DNA of 63,314 bases, filler included, from Thermodesulfobacteriota bacterium (GCA_036381125.1; 9 parts of 9 records of this genome joined end to end with filler, not necessarily neighbours in it), one strand, 5' to 3'; shown: positions 32,673 through 42,965, counted from the first letter of the whole stretch. A program made the numbers and translations. The notes: generated by a model from the sequence alone, not told the origin.

Positions 32673-33338
32673 GTGAAGGTCCAGGTCGCGCCGTCCCTGC
32701 TGTCGGCCGACTTCGGCCGCGTGGCCGACGAGTGCCGGGCCGTCGAGCGGGCGGGCGCCGACTGGCTCCATCTCGACGTGATGGACGGCCGCTTCGTCCC
32801 GAACATCACCTTCGGCCCCCCGCTCGTGGCCGCCGCCCGGAAGGCCACCCGCCTGCCGCTCGACGTCCACCTCATGATCGACGCGCCGGAGCGGCAGATC
32901 CCGGCCTTCGTGAAGGCCGGCGCCGACTACGTCACCATCCACGCCGAGGCCACCGCGCACGTCCACCGCCTGGTGCAGAGCATCAAGGAGGCAGGGGCCC
33001 GCGCCGGCGTCGCCATCAACCCCGGTACGCCCGCCTCGACGCTCGAGGCGATCCTGCCCGACCTCGACCTCGTGCTCGTGATGTCCGTGAACCCGGGCTG
33101 GGGGGGGCAGACGTTCATCCCGGGCGCGCTCGAGAAGGTCGCCGCCCTTCGCCGGATGATCGACGCGAAGGGCCTGCCGACGCTCATCTCGGTCGACGGC
33201 GGCGTGAAGGCCGACAACGCCGGCCGGGTGGCCGCCGCGGGGGCCGACGTCCTCGTCGCGGGCAGCGCCATCTACGGCAGCGGCGACTACGCCGCCGCCA
33301 TCTCCGCCATCCGCCGCGCCGCCGAATCCTCCCGCTAG
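32673..33338 (+). CDS. rpe: Ribulose-phosphate 3-epimerase
   Basis: APSLLSADF, HLDVMDG.FVPNITFG, DVHLM, MSVNPG.GGQ, VDGG. Confidence 0.96.
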   Translation: MKVQVAPSLLSADFGRVADECRAVERAGADWLHLDVMDGRFVPNITFGPPLVAAARKATRLPLDVHLMIDAPERQIPAFVKAGADYVTIHAEATAHVHRLVQSIKEAGARAGVAINPGTPASTLEAILPDLDLVLVMSVNPGWGGQTFIPGALEKVAALRRMIDAKGLPTLISVDGGVKADNAGRVAAAGADVLVAGSAIYGSGDYAAAISAIRRAAESSR

Positions 33339-33402
33339 GCCGGATCCCGGTGGGGTGAGGCGCGGCGCGGGTCGGCTGCCTGCCCCCCGATGAAAAGCGA
33401 GT

Positions 33403-33478
33403 GGGGTCAGACCCCAACGTTTGCCGGTCTGGAAAATGGAAAGACCTGACCCCCTGGAAAATGGAAAGACCTGACCCC
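33403..33478. repeat. GGGGTCAGACCCC hairpin plus two tandem 25-bp units in reverse orientation
   Basis: CTGGAAAATGGAAAGACCTGACCCC at 33429 and 33454; between convergent genes. Confidence 0.9.
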
Positions 33479-33479
33479 G

Positions 33480-34048
33480 TCAGGCGTCGTCATCGATCGC
33501 GGCGGGGGCTCGGCGGTCGCGGCTCCCGGCCAACCTGTCCTCGACGGCGGCGAGGGTCTCGGCGGTGTCGACGTCGGTCACGACGGCCGGGTCGGCCGTC
33601 TCGACGAGGGCGACGCGGTCGGGTACGGCCTCGAGGACCGCCCGCCCGCCTCGCTCGCCCGAGAGGCCGGCGAGCGCCGGGAGGAGGTCGGCCGGGAAGA
33701 GCACGGGGTTGCCGCGGCGCCCCTCGAAGGTGGGGACCAGCACCCGGTCGGGCTCGGCCTGGTGGATGGCGAGCAGGCGATCGAGCAGGGGTGCGCGGAC
33801 GAGCGGTTGGTCGGCCAGGAGGAAGAGGACCCCGGTCGCCCCGGTCGGCACGGCCCGGGCGCCGGCCGCGACGGAGGTGCCCTGCCCCTCGGCGTGGCGG
33901 GGGTTGACGACGAGGCGCACGCGCGCGTCGCCGGCGCTCGACCCGGAGACGACGGCGGCGACCTCCTCGGCGGCGTGGCCGAGGACGACGGGTATCGACG
34001 CCACGCCCGAGGCGAGGGCGGCCGCCAGGGCGTGGCCGACGAGCGGCC
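33480..34048 (-). CDS. MocA-like nucleotidyltransferase, 5' truncated
   Basis: VVNP..AEG..TS, LADQP, GRRGNPVLF, GERGGR, DVDT. Confidence 0.82.
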
Positions 34049-34148
34049 NNNNNNNNNNNNNNNNNNNNNNNNNNNNNNNNNNNNNNNNNNNNTTAATTAA
34101 TTAANNNNNNNNNNNNNNNNNNNNNNNNNNNNNNNNNNNNNNNNNNNN

Positions 34149-35373
34149 CGGCAGCGTCGAGGGGCTGCCGAACGAGCCGGACGGCATCTTCCTCCCGCCG
34201 CCGAAGCCGCGCTGCTACGAGCTGATGATCGCCGACGCCGGCGCCCGGCTCGGCATCCCGGTCGTCCCGTCCCGCCTCTCGATCCTGACCCGCCCGCACA
34301 ACGGCCGCCCCGCCTGCCACTACTGCGGCCAGTGCGGCCGCGGCTGCGGCGTGAACGCGAACTTCTCGAGCCCCGAGGTGCTCATCCGCCCCGCGCTCGC
34401 CACGGGCCGCCTCACGATCGTCCCCGAGGCGATGGCGCGCGAGGTCACGATCGACCGCGCGGGGAACGCCACCGGCGTCGCCTACATCGACAAGCGCTCG
34501 GGCGCCGACCGGCACGTCCGCGCACGCATCGTCGTGCTCGCCGCGAGCGCCTGCGAGTCCGCGCGGCTGCTGCTCAACTCGAAGTCGTCGCTCTTCCCCG
34601 ACGGGCTCGCGAACTCCAGCGGCACGGTCGGCCGGTACCTGACCGACACGACCGGCGTCGGCGTCTCCGGCTTCATCCCGAAGCTGCTCGACATGCCGCC
34701 GCACAACGAGGATGGCGTCGGCGGGATGCACGTCTACGTCCCGTGGTGGCTCGACAACGCGAAGCTCGACTTCCCGCGCGGCTATCACATCGAGATCGGC
34801 GGCGGCCGGCGCATGCCCGGCTACGGCTTCGGCGGCGGGCTGCACCGCTGGACCGGCGGCGGCTACGGCAAGGCGTTCAAGGAGGACCAGCGCCGCTACT
34901 ACGGCGCGATGGTGCACTTCGAGGGGCGCGGCGAGATGGTCGCGAGCGAGCGCTGCTGGTGCGAGCTCGACCCCGACGTCGTCGACCGCTGGGGGATCCC
35001 CGTGCTGCGCTTCCACTGGAAGTGGAGCCAGGGCGAGCTGAACCAGGCCAGGCACATGCAGCAGACGTTCCGCGCGCTGATCCACGAGATGGGCGGCACG
35101 CCGACCGACGAGATGCCCGGCCCGGACGAGGACTACGGCCTCGCCGCCGGCGGCCAGATCATCCACGAGGTCGGCTGCACCCGCATGGGCCACGACCCGC
35201 AGACGTCCGTGCTGAACCCGAACTGCCAGGCGCACGACGTGAAGAACCTCTTCGTCGCCGACGGCGGCCCCTTCGTCAACAACGCGGACAAGAACCCGAC
35301 CTGGACGATCCTCGCCCTGTCCATGCGCACCAGCACCTACATCGCCGACCAGATGAAGCGGAGGGCGCTGTGA
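34149..35373 (+). CDS. GMC family flavoprotein oxidoreductase, 5' truncated
   Basis: CHYCGQCGRGC, ESARLLLNS, IHEVG..RMG, NLFVADG..F..KNPT.TI.AL. Confidence 0.9.
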
Positions 35374-36011
35374 GCGACATCTCCCGCCGCGACGCGCTCG
35401 GCCTCCTCGCCGCCGTGCCGCTCGCCGCCGGCCTCGGGCGCGCGCCCGCCGCCGCCGAGCGCCTCCTCGAGGCGACGCCGGCGAGCACCATCCCCGCGGC
35501 CGAGCCGCTTCTCGAGGCGACGCTGGCGGCCGCCGCCGCGCCGAAGTTCTTCACCCCCCACGAGTGGCGCACCGTCCACGTGCTGGCCGACATGATCATC
35601 CCCCGCGACGAGCGCTCCGGCAGCGCGAGCGATGCCGGCGTCCCCGCGTTCATCGACTTCACCGTGGACGACCGCCCCTCGCTCCAGACGCGCGTGCGCG
35701 GCGGGCTCGCGTGGCTCGATGCGGAGAGCCGCAAGCGCTTCGGCGCGCCCTTCGTCGAGCTGGCGGAGCGCCAGCGCATCGCGATCCTCGACGACATCGC
35801 CTGGCCCGCGAAGGCGAAGCCGGACCTGAGCCAGGGCGTCGCCTTCTTCAACCTCTTCCGCGATCTCACCGCCTCCGGCTTCTACTCCAGCCGCATGGGG
35901 ATCGAGGACCTCCAGTACCGCGGCAACACCGTCGTCATGCACTGGGACGGCTGCCCGCCGGAGGCCTGCGAGCACCTCGGCGTCAGCTACAAGGAGCGAT
36001 CCGCGCAATGA
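35370..36011 (+). CDS. Gluconate 2-dehydrogenase subunit 3 family protein
   Basis: SRRDAL Tat signal; ADMIIP.D..SGSA..AGVPAFIDF; T.SGFYSS..G..DL.Y.GN. Confidence 0.85.
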   Translation: MSDISRRDALGLLAAVPLAAGLGRAPAAAERLLEATPASTIPAAEPLLEATLAAAAAPKFFTPHEWRTVHVLADMIIPRDERSGSASDAGVPAFIDFTVDDRPSLQTRVRGGLAWLDAESRKRFGAPFVELAERQRIAILDDIAWPAKAKPDLSQGVAFFNLFRDLTASGFYSSRMGIEDLQYRGNTVVMHWDGCPPEACEHLGVSYKERSAQ

Positions 36012-37255
36012 CCCGGCAACGTCTCGGCGTCGGCTTCGTCGGCAGCGGCTTCAACGCCCGCTTCCACATGCGCGGCTGGGTCGGCGTGCGCGACGCCGAC
36101 ATCCTCGGCGTCTGGAGCCCGAACGCGACGAACGCCGCCTCCGCCTGCGAGCTGGCGCGCTCGCTCGACGTCGGCGCCGCGCGCCCGTACGCCTCGATCA
36201 CCGACATGGTCGCGGACCCCGACATCGACGCGATCTGGCTCGCCGGCCCGAACCACACCCGCGTCGAGAACGTCGAGGAGATCGTCGCCGCGATCGAGAG
36301 CGGGCGCGGCCGGCTCCGCGGCCTCGCCTGCGAGAAGCCGCTCGCACGCAACGTGGCCGAGGCGCGCCGCATCCTCGAGTGCGTCCGCCGCGTCGGGCTT
36401 CCCACCGGTTACCTCGAGAACCAGGTCTTCGCGCCGCAGGTCGAGTACGGCCGACGGCTCCTCTGGGCGCGCGGCGCCGCGACCGCCGGCCGCCCCTACC
36501 TCGCCCGCGCCGCCGAGGAGCACAGCGGCCCGCACATGCCCTGGTTCTGGCAGGGCCGGCTCCAGGGCGGCGGCGTCCTCAACGACATGATGTGCCACTC
36601 CGCGCTCGTCGTCCGGCACCTGCTCACCCCGCCCGACGAGCCGTACGCCGCCACCCGACCGGTGCGCGTGACCGGGCACATCGCCTCCCTGAAGTGGACG
36701 CGCCCCGCCTACCGCGAGGACCTCGCCCGGCGCATGGGCCCGGACGTCGACTACGCCACGGCCCCCGCCGAGGACTTCGCCTCGCTCTTCGTCGAGTTCG
36801 AGACGCCCGACGGCCAGCGTGTCCTCGGCGAGGCGACGACGTCGTGGAGCTACGTCGGCGCCGGCCTCCGCCTCTCCGCCGAGCTGCTCGGCCCGGAGTA
36901 CTCGATGTCCTGGAACTCCCTCGCCACCGGCCTCGACCTCTTCTTCAGCCGCCGCATCCAGGCCGCCGAGGGCGAGGATCTGGTCGAGAAGCAGAACGCG
37001 GAGAGCGGGCTCATGCCCGTCGTCGCCGACGAGGCCGTCACCTACGGCTACCAGGCCGAGGACCGCCACTTCGTGCGCGCGTTCCTCGGCCTCGAGGCCC
37101 CCCGCCTCACGTTCGAGGACGGCCTCGACGTCGTCACCCTCCTCATGGCCGCCTACCGCAGCGCCGAGGAGGGCCGCACGCTCGAGTTCCCGCCGGAGGG
37201 GATCGACGAGTTCGTGCCGGCGGTGGCGAGGGGCGCCTGGTCGCCCGCCCGGTAA
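36008..37255 (+). CDS. Gfo/Idh/MocA family oxidoreductase
   Basis: GFVGSGF Rossmann, CEKPLA, GGGVL.DM.CH. Confidence 0.88.
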   Translation: MTRQRLGVGFVGSGFNARFHMRGWVGVRDADILGVWSPNATNAASACELARSLDVGAARPYASITDMVADPDIDAIWLAGPNHTRVENVEEIVAAIESGRGRLRGLACEKPLARNVAEARRILECVRRVGLPTGYLENQVFAPQVEYGRRLLWARGAATAGRPYLARAAEEHSGPHMPWFWQGRLQGGGVLNDMMCHSALVVRHLLTPPDEPYAATRPVRVTGHIASLKWTRPAYREDLARRMGPDVDYATAPAEDFASLFVEFETPDGQRVLGEATTSWSYVGAGLRLSAELLGPEYSMSWNSLATGLDLFFSRRIQAAEGEDLVEKQNAESGLMPVVADEAVTYGYQAEDRHFVRAFLGLEAPRLTFEDGLDVVTLLMAAYRSAEEGRTLEFPPEGIDEFVPAVARGAWSPAR

Positions 37256-37408
37256 CGGTGGGATGCCCGCGAACCAACCGCTCCCGCGCCCGGCTCTTCG
37301 TCGGGTCGCCCGCGACCCGTGGCCCGAAGCACAACCGCGCCGCCCCGCTCCGCCGCACGGCCGGGAGCGGGAACTGCCCTCGACCCGTCCAAACGTCCGG
37401 AGACCGCA

Positions 37409-38194
37409 ATGATCCGTTCGATCCGCCGCGCGAGCCCCGCGCTCCTCGCCGCGCTCGTCGTCGCCGCCTGCGCGCGCGGTGGCCCGCCGGCGGCGACGAA
37501 GGCCGCCGCGGCGTCGTCGCCAGCCGCCGGGGCCGCGGGCGCCGAACCCGCCGGCGCCGAACCCGCCGGCGCCGAGCCCGCCGACACGGGTGCCTGGGAC
37601 GTCCTCTTCGACGGCCACGACATCTCGCGCTGGCGCGGCTTCCGCATGGACCACGTCCCCGCCGCCTGGCGGATCGAGAATGGCGCGATCGCGCTCGAGC
37701 CGGGTGAGGGCGGCGAGCGCGCGGACCTGATCACGCGCGACACGTACCGCGACTTCGAGCTCGAGCTCGAGTGGAAGATCGCGCCCGGCGGCAACAGCGG
37801 CATCATCTACCGCGTCGGCGAGGACGAGCCGTACACCTGGCGCACCGGCCCCGAGATGCAGGTCCTCGACAACGAGCGCGCCGAGGACAATCACCCCGCC
37901 TCGCACCGCGCAGGCGCGCTCTACGACCTCTACGCCCCGTCCGAGGAGACCGTCCGCCCCGCCGGCCAGTGGAACCACGTCCGCATCGTCGTGCGCGACG
38001 GCCGCGTCGAGCACTGGCTGAACGGCAAGCGCATCGTCGCCTACGAGCTGGGCAGCGACGACTGGAAGGCGCACGTCCAGGCGAGCAAGTTCCGCACGAT
38101 GCCCGCGTTCGGCACGGTCACGGACGGCCACATCGCGCTCCAGGACCACGGCGCGGCGGTGTGGTACAGGAACGTCCGCATCCGCCGCCTGTGA
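37409..38194 (+). CDS. DUF1080 (3-keto-glycoside lyase/hydratase-type) lipoprotein
   Basis: LVVAAC lipobox; W..LFDG, DFELELEWK, NSGI, EMQVLD, GHIALQDHG..VWYRN. Confidence 0.88.
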   Translation: MIRSIRRASPALLAALVVAACARGGPPAATKAAAASSPAAGAAGAEPAGAEPAGAEPADTGAWDVLFDGHDISRWRGFRMDHVPAAWRIENGAIALEPGEGGERADLITRDTYRDFELELEWKIAPGGNSGIIYRVGEDEPYTWRTGPEMQVLDNERAEDNHPASHRAGALYDLYAPSEETVRPAGQWNHVRIVVRDGRVEHWLNGKRIVAYELGSDDWKAHVQASKFRTMPAFGTVTDGHIALQDHGAAVWYRNVRIRRL

Positions 38195-38409
38195 CCTGGA
38201 GCCCCGTTGACGACGACGTGAACGTGCACGTCTGCGCCTGCGTACCCGCTCGTCGCGTCGACCTATACGGGTCCGGGCCCGGCGCCGTCCCCGGCGGAAC
38301 GCGCGAGCGCGACGAGGCCGGCATGAACCGCGGGTTACGGACACGGGGCCAGACCCGTTCACGTCGTCGGGAGCCGGGGACGCAGGCGCAGGCGGCCACG
38401 TCGCCGGGC

Positions 38410-38481
38410 CCGTCCACGCGGTCGCGGCCGTTCCCGTGCACCTGGTCCGGGCCGTTCCCGTGCACGCGGTCCCGGACGTTC
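38410..38481. repeat. Three degenerate 24-bp tandem units
   Basis: ccgtccacgcggtcgcggccgttc / ccgtgcacctggtccgggccgttc / ccgtgcacgcggtcccggacgttc. Confidence 0.75.
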
Positions 38482-38515
38482 CCGTAACGAGATCCCCCCA
38501 GCCGACGAGGACCCC

Positions 38516-38628
38516 ATGCCCGACCGCCGCAGCCTCGGCGCGCGCCTCAGCGCGATGATGTTCCTCGAGTTCTTCATCTGGGGCTCGTGGTACGTCACCG
38601 TCGGCAACTACATGACCCGCATCGGCAT
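38516..38628 (+). CDS. NupG-like nucleoside/sugar:H+ symporter, N-terminus only
   Basis: [22 protein letters not shown]. Confidence 0.78.
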
Positions 38629-38728
38629 NNNNNNNNNNNNNNNNNNNNNNNNNNNNNNNNNNNNNNNNNNNNTTAATTAATTAANNNNNNNNNNNNNNNN
38701 NNNNNNNNNNNNNNNNNNNNNNNNNNNN

Positions 38729-38897
38729 CGAGGTCCAGGTAGCGGCGCCCGGCCACGTCCCACACCCAGCTGCCCTCGCCGCGGTCGAAGACGATGTCGG
38801 TCAGCCGGTAGACGGCCGGCGCCACCACCCGCGCGTCCCGCGCCCGAATCGCCCCGGCGTCCTCCGCGGTCGGGCGGTCCGTCGCGATCAGCGGCAC
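38729..38897 (-). CDS. Class III aminotransferase, N-terminus only
   Basis: RGEGSWVWDVAGRRYLD. Confidence 0.8.
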
Positions 38898-40147
38898 GGC
38901 GGCGCCCCCGGCGCGGCCGGCCTCGAGCACTCCGCGAGCATGTCCCTCGGCCCCTCCCTTCTCACGAACGCGTTGCCGACCCACTCCCACACCCACCCGG
39001 AGCGCTTGAAGCCGCCGACCGGCCCGAGCGGCTCCCGGTCGTAGAAGTCGAGCCAGATCTCCTGCTCGAAGACGAGGCCGTGCGACCGCCGCAGCCGCGC
39101 GGCGACCGGCGGCGTCCCGCCGAACACCGTCGCCGAGAGCCCGTACGCGGAGTCCTCGGCGAGGGCGACCGCTTCGTCGACGGAGGCGACCGGCACGATG
39201 GGGAAGACGGGGCCGAAGGTCTCCTCCCGCATGACCGCCATGTCGTGCCGCAGGCCGGTGAGGACGACGGGGCGCAGGAAGGTGCCGCCGCCGGGGGCCG
39301 GCCTCGCGAGCATGTCGGTGCCGGCGGGCCAGAGCAGGCTCGCCCCCTGCGCCAGCGCGCCGGTCACCTGGCGCAGGATCCGCTCGACGATCGCGGGGCT
39401 CGTGAACGGCCCGATGTCGGTCCGCGGGTCGTCGGGGGGGCCGACGACGAGCGCCTCCATGCGGGAGACGAGGCGTGCGAGGAACGGCTCGAGCAGGGAC
39501 GCGTGCACGTAGACACGCTCGGGCGAGGTGCAGGCCTGGCCGCCGTTGTAGCAGCCGCCTCGCACGAGGGCCGCGACGGCGGCATCGACGTCCGCGCCCG
39601 GGAGGACGAGGAAGGGGTCCTTGCCCGGGCCCTCGACGATCACCTTGCGGCCGCCGCGCCGCGCCAGGTCCTCGTACTCGAGGACCCAGCGGTCGTCGCC
39701 GAAGAGGACGGTCACGTCGGCGCCGCCCGGGGCGAGGGCCTGGCCGACGAAGTCGGGGCCCGCCTCGTCCACCACCGCGAACGGCAGGCCGACCGGCAGG
39801 AGGATCGACTCGAGCGCCTCGCGCACCCAGGCGGTGCGGCGCGGCAGCCGGACGACGACGCGGTTGCCGGCGGCGAGCGCGGCGCCGATTACCGCGAGGG
39901 GAGCCGCCAGCGCGGCGTTGCCGGGGAGGAGGATGGCGACGGTTCCGGCGGGCGGTCCGGCAGCGATGGTTTCGATCGCCTCGGCCAGCTCGCGAAGCCG
40001 CTGGAGCGCGACGGCGACGTCGCGCATGGCGAGCCTGAGCGTCCGGAGCCGATGCGTCACCAGGCGCGAGACGAGCAGCGGCGCGAGCCCCTCGATCCGC
40101 TCGGCCGCGTCGCGCAGCGCGTCGGCCCGAGCGGTCACGCTAGGCAC
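38888..40147 (-). CDS. Aldehyde dehydrogenase family protein (short, divergent)
   Basis: LAAGN, EGPGKDP, NGGQAC..PERVYVH, EETFGPV, YGLSA, GGFKRSG; start approximate. Confidence 0.8.
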   Translation of the reverse strand: MPSVTARADALRDAAERIEGLAPLLVSRLVTHRLRTLRLAMRDVAVALQRLRELAEAIETIAAGPPAGTVAILLPGNAALAAPLAVIGAALAAGNRVVVRLPRRTAWVREALESILLPVGLPFAVVDEAGPDFVGQALAPGGADVTVLFGDDRWVLEYEDLARRGGRKVIVEGPGKDPFLVLPGADVDAAVAALVRGGCYNGGQACTSPERVYVHASLLEPFLARLVSRMEALVVGPPDDPRTDIGPFTSPAIVERILRQVTGALAQGASLLWPAGTDMLARPAPGGGTFLRPVVLTGLRHDMAVMREETFGPVFPIVPVASVDEAVALAEDSAYGLSATVFGGTPPVAARLRRSHGLVFEQEIWLDFYDREPLGPVGGFKRSGWVWEWVGNAFVRREGPRDMLAECSRPAAPGAPPCR

Positions 40148-41645
40148 CGCGGCCCACCTCGCGCAGGGCGCGTCGCCGCACCTTCTCGGTGGCGGTCTTC
40201 GGGAGCGCCTCGCGCAGCTCGATGACGGCCGGCACCTTGTAGGGCGCAAGCCGCGCCCGGCAGAAGGCGCGCAGCTCGTCGGCGGAGACGGCTGCCCCGT
40301 CGGCGGGGACGACGACGGCGCACACCTCCTCGTCGCCCAGCTCCGAGGGGCGGCCGACGACCGCGGCCTCGGCCACGGCGGGGTGGGCCAGGAGGACGCT
40401 CTCCACCTCGATCGGGGCGACCCACTCGCCGCGGCAGCGGATCCGGTCGGTCTTGCGGCCGACGACGTGGAGGGCGCCGCGGGCGTCGAGGCGGCCGAGG
40501 TCGCCGGTGAGGAACCACTCGCCGCGTCGCGAGGCGGCCGTGCCGGCCGGGTCCTTGTAGTAGCCGGGCGTAAGCACGTCGGCGGCCGCGACGGCGATCT
40601 CGCCGACGCTCCCCGGCGCGGCATCCCCGCCGGCCTCGTCGAGGAGCCGGACCCGGCACCAGGGGGTGGGCCACCCGGCCGAACCGGCCGGCCCGGAGGC
40701 CGCGAGCGGCCGGACGGTCACCGTCGAGGTCTCGGCCAGCGCGTACAGCTCCACGAGGCGGACGCCGAAGCGGTCGCAGAAGACCCGCTCGACCGCCGCG
40801 GTGGCGCCGCCGCCGATGCCGGCGCGCAGGTCGTGCCAGCGCTCGGCGGGCGTGGGGAAGGCCCTGGCGAGCGCGGTGAGCATCGTGCCGAGATAGGTGA
40901 AGAGCGTCGCCCCGGAGGCCGTGACCTGGTCCCAGAAGCGAGACGCGCTGAAGCGCGTCTCGAGCGCGAGGCTGCCGCCGCAGGCCAGGCTCGACAGGAC
41001 GCCGTACACCTGCGCGTTCGTATGGAAGAGGGGGAGGCAGACGAAGACGCGGTCGGCCGGCGTGGCCTCCAGCCAGCCGACGACCGCCTCGGCGACGCGG
41101 GTATAGGACCGGTGGGTCTTGAGGATGCCGCGCGGCGCGCCGGTCGTGCCGGAGGTGTAGACGATCGCGGCGACGGCGCGGTCGTCCCGGGGCGCGTCGG
41201 GACGGCGGCCGACGGGGCCGGCCAGGAGGTCGGCGAGGCCGTAGCCGCCCGGGGGGGCGTCGTCGGCGGTCGCCATCCAGCGCACCCCGGTCCCCTCGCG
41301 GGCGGCGGCGGCAACTTCGAGACGCGCCGCGTCGGTGACGAGCGCGACGGCGTCCGCGTGGAGGAGCGCCTCGTGCAGCTCGCGCCGGGTGAGGGCGGGG
41401 TCGAGCGGCACGGTCACCGCCCCGAGCGTGGCCAGGGCGAACCAGACGTAGATGAACTCGGGGCGGTTGGGGAGGAGGAGCGCGACGTGGTCGTCGCGCC
41501 GGACGCCGAGGGCGTGCAGGCTGGTCGCAAGCGCGTCCACCCCCTGCACCAGGTGCCCGAGCGGCACGGAGGCGCCGCCGTGGAGGAGATAGGGACGCGA
41601 CGGGTCCGCGGCCGCGGCGCGGTCGAGCAGCTCGCGCAGCGTCAT
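40140..41645 (-). CDS. Acyl-CoA ligase (CaiC-like)
   Basis: YTSGTTGAP, LPLFHTNA, GYY, TGDLG, GRK.D.IR..GE, LPKT...KV. Confidence 0.88.
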   Translation of the reverse strand: MTLRELLDRAAAADPSRPYLLHGGASVPLGHLVQGVDALATSLHALGVRRDDHVALLLPNRPEFIYVWFALATLGAVTVPLDPALTRRELHEALLHADAVALVTDAARLEVAAAAREGTGVRWMATADDAPPGGYGLADLLAGPVGRRPDAPRDDRAVAAIVYTSGTTGAPRGILKTHRSYTRVAEAVVGWLEATPADRVFVCLPLFHTNAQVYGVLSSLACGGSLALETRFSASRFWDQVTASGATLFTYLGTMLTALARAFPTPAERWHDLRAGIGGGATAAVERVFCDRFGVRLVELYALAETSTVTVRPLAASGPAGSAGWPTPWCRVRLLDEAGGDAAPGSVGEIAVAAADVLTPGYYKDPAGTAASRRGEWFLTGDLGRLDARGALHVVGRKTDRIRCRGEWVAPIEVESVLLAHPAVAEAAVVGRPSELGDEEVCAVVVPADGAAVSADELRAFCRARLAPYKVPAVIELREALPKTATEKVRRRALREVGRGA

Positions 41646-41969
41646 GACGAGGTCTCGCGCCGCGCCAGGACGTACGCGGGATGGCGCTCGGCGTCCGTGG
41701 CCGGCAGGAAGTCGACCGCGGCGTAGCGTCCCGAGGCGACGTAGGCGAGGAAGGCCTCGCGGGTCCAGTGACGCCAGGCGCGCGCCAGCCCGAGGTCGGC
41801 CGCCTTGAGCGCCTGGATCGAGGCCGGCACCTCGAGCAGGAGCCGCTCGGCCTCGAGGTCGAGTCGCAGGACCGTGCAGACCGGCCACTCGCCGCGGCCG
41901 CCGGAGAGCAGCGTGACCCGCGGCGTCTCGTCGCGCGTCGGCGCGGCGCCGCCGCCGGCGGCGCGTCGG
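41642..41969 (-). CDS. GNAT-superfamily acyltransferase (COG3375-like), C-terminal fragment
   Basis: LLEVP.SI..LK..D..LA..WR...R..F..Y...Y..VDF pattern. Confidence 0.55.
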
Positions 41970-42069
41970 NNNNNNNNNNNNNNNNNNNNNNNNNNNNNNN
42001 NNNNNNNNNNNNNTTAATTAATTAANNNNNNNNNNNNNNNNNNNNNNNNNNNNNNNNNNNNNNNNNNNN

Positions 42070-42854
42070 GCGGCGGCGATGTCGGCCGAGGCGCGCCGCT
42101 CGATCCAGCGGGCCGCCTTGACGATGCCGCGCGCGAGCCTGGCGCAGACATCGGGCCGCTCGTCGCAGACCCCGGGTCGCGTCATGAGGCTCCCCTTGAG
42201 GTACGGGGCGCCGAAGAGCCGCTCGGCCGCGGTGCGCGACTGCAGGTCGAGGAGGACGTACGCCCGGCCGGTCTCGACCAGCCTCGCGCCGAGCAGGCCG
42301 GCCGCCATCATGGCGTCGACCCGGCCGTTCTCCAGGGCGGCGGCGAGCGCCTCGGCCCCGACCGGGATCGCCTCCACGTCGTCCGGCCGAAGGCCGCTCG
42401 TCACGAGCACGTGCACGAGGATGAGGTGACTGTACGCACCGAGCCCGGTCACGGCGACCGAGCGGCCCTCGAGGTCCGCCGGTTGCCGGATGGCGTTCCG
42501 GTGAGCCGACCCGACCAGGATCCGCACGCCCGGCACCTCGGTGAACGCGGCAATGGCCGTGAGCGGCTTGCCCTTGAGCATCGTCTTCATCGCCTGGTCG
42601 AACGAGTTGGCGCTGAAGTCGACCGTGCCGGCGAGGAGCGCGGTCGCGGCCATCGTCCCGGACGCGAAGTACTGGAGGTCGACGTCCAGCCCCTGCTCGG
42701 CGAAGTAGCCGAGTGCGTGGGCGATCTCGAGCTGGACGTAGTCCATCGTGCCCTGGCTGCCGACGGCAACGGTCACGCGGTCGGCCGCGAGGGCGGTGGG
42801 GGCCGGGAGCGCAAGGGCGAGGGCGAGGGGGAGGAGCAGGACCCGGATTCGCAT
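42070..42854 (-). CDS. ABC substrate-binding protein (NMT1/SsuA-like), 3' truncated
   Basis: Signal peptide; LGYFAEQGLDV, ALLAGTVD, DLEGR.VAVTGLG. Confidence 0.85.
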
Positions 42855-42916
42855 CGTGACCACCTCCGCGATGGCGCCGCCGGTACCGGCGCGTGGGGGT
42901 CGCACTCGAGGAGGGT

Positions 42917-42965
42917 ATGAAAAGCAGATTACAGTAATCACCCATTTCTGGATAGAGAATTTCAT
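42917..42965. promoter_or_regulatory. AT-rich operator candidate in the divergent SBP/RpiR intergenic region
   Basis: Palindrome GATTAC-A-GTAATC (42927-42939) nested within ATGAAA...TTTCAT. Confidence 0.5.

Noticed and set aside
37538-37582. 15-bp tandem repeat (GAEPA three times)
   Set aside because: Ordinary low-complexity lipoprotein linker; the short AERLLEAT/AEPLLEAT duplication near 35455-35525 is similar.
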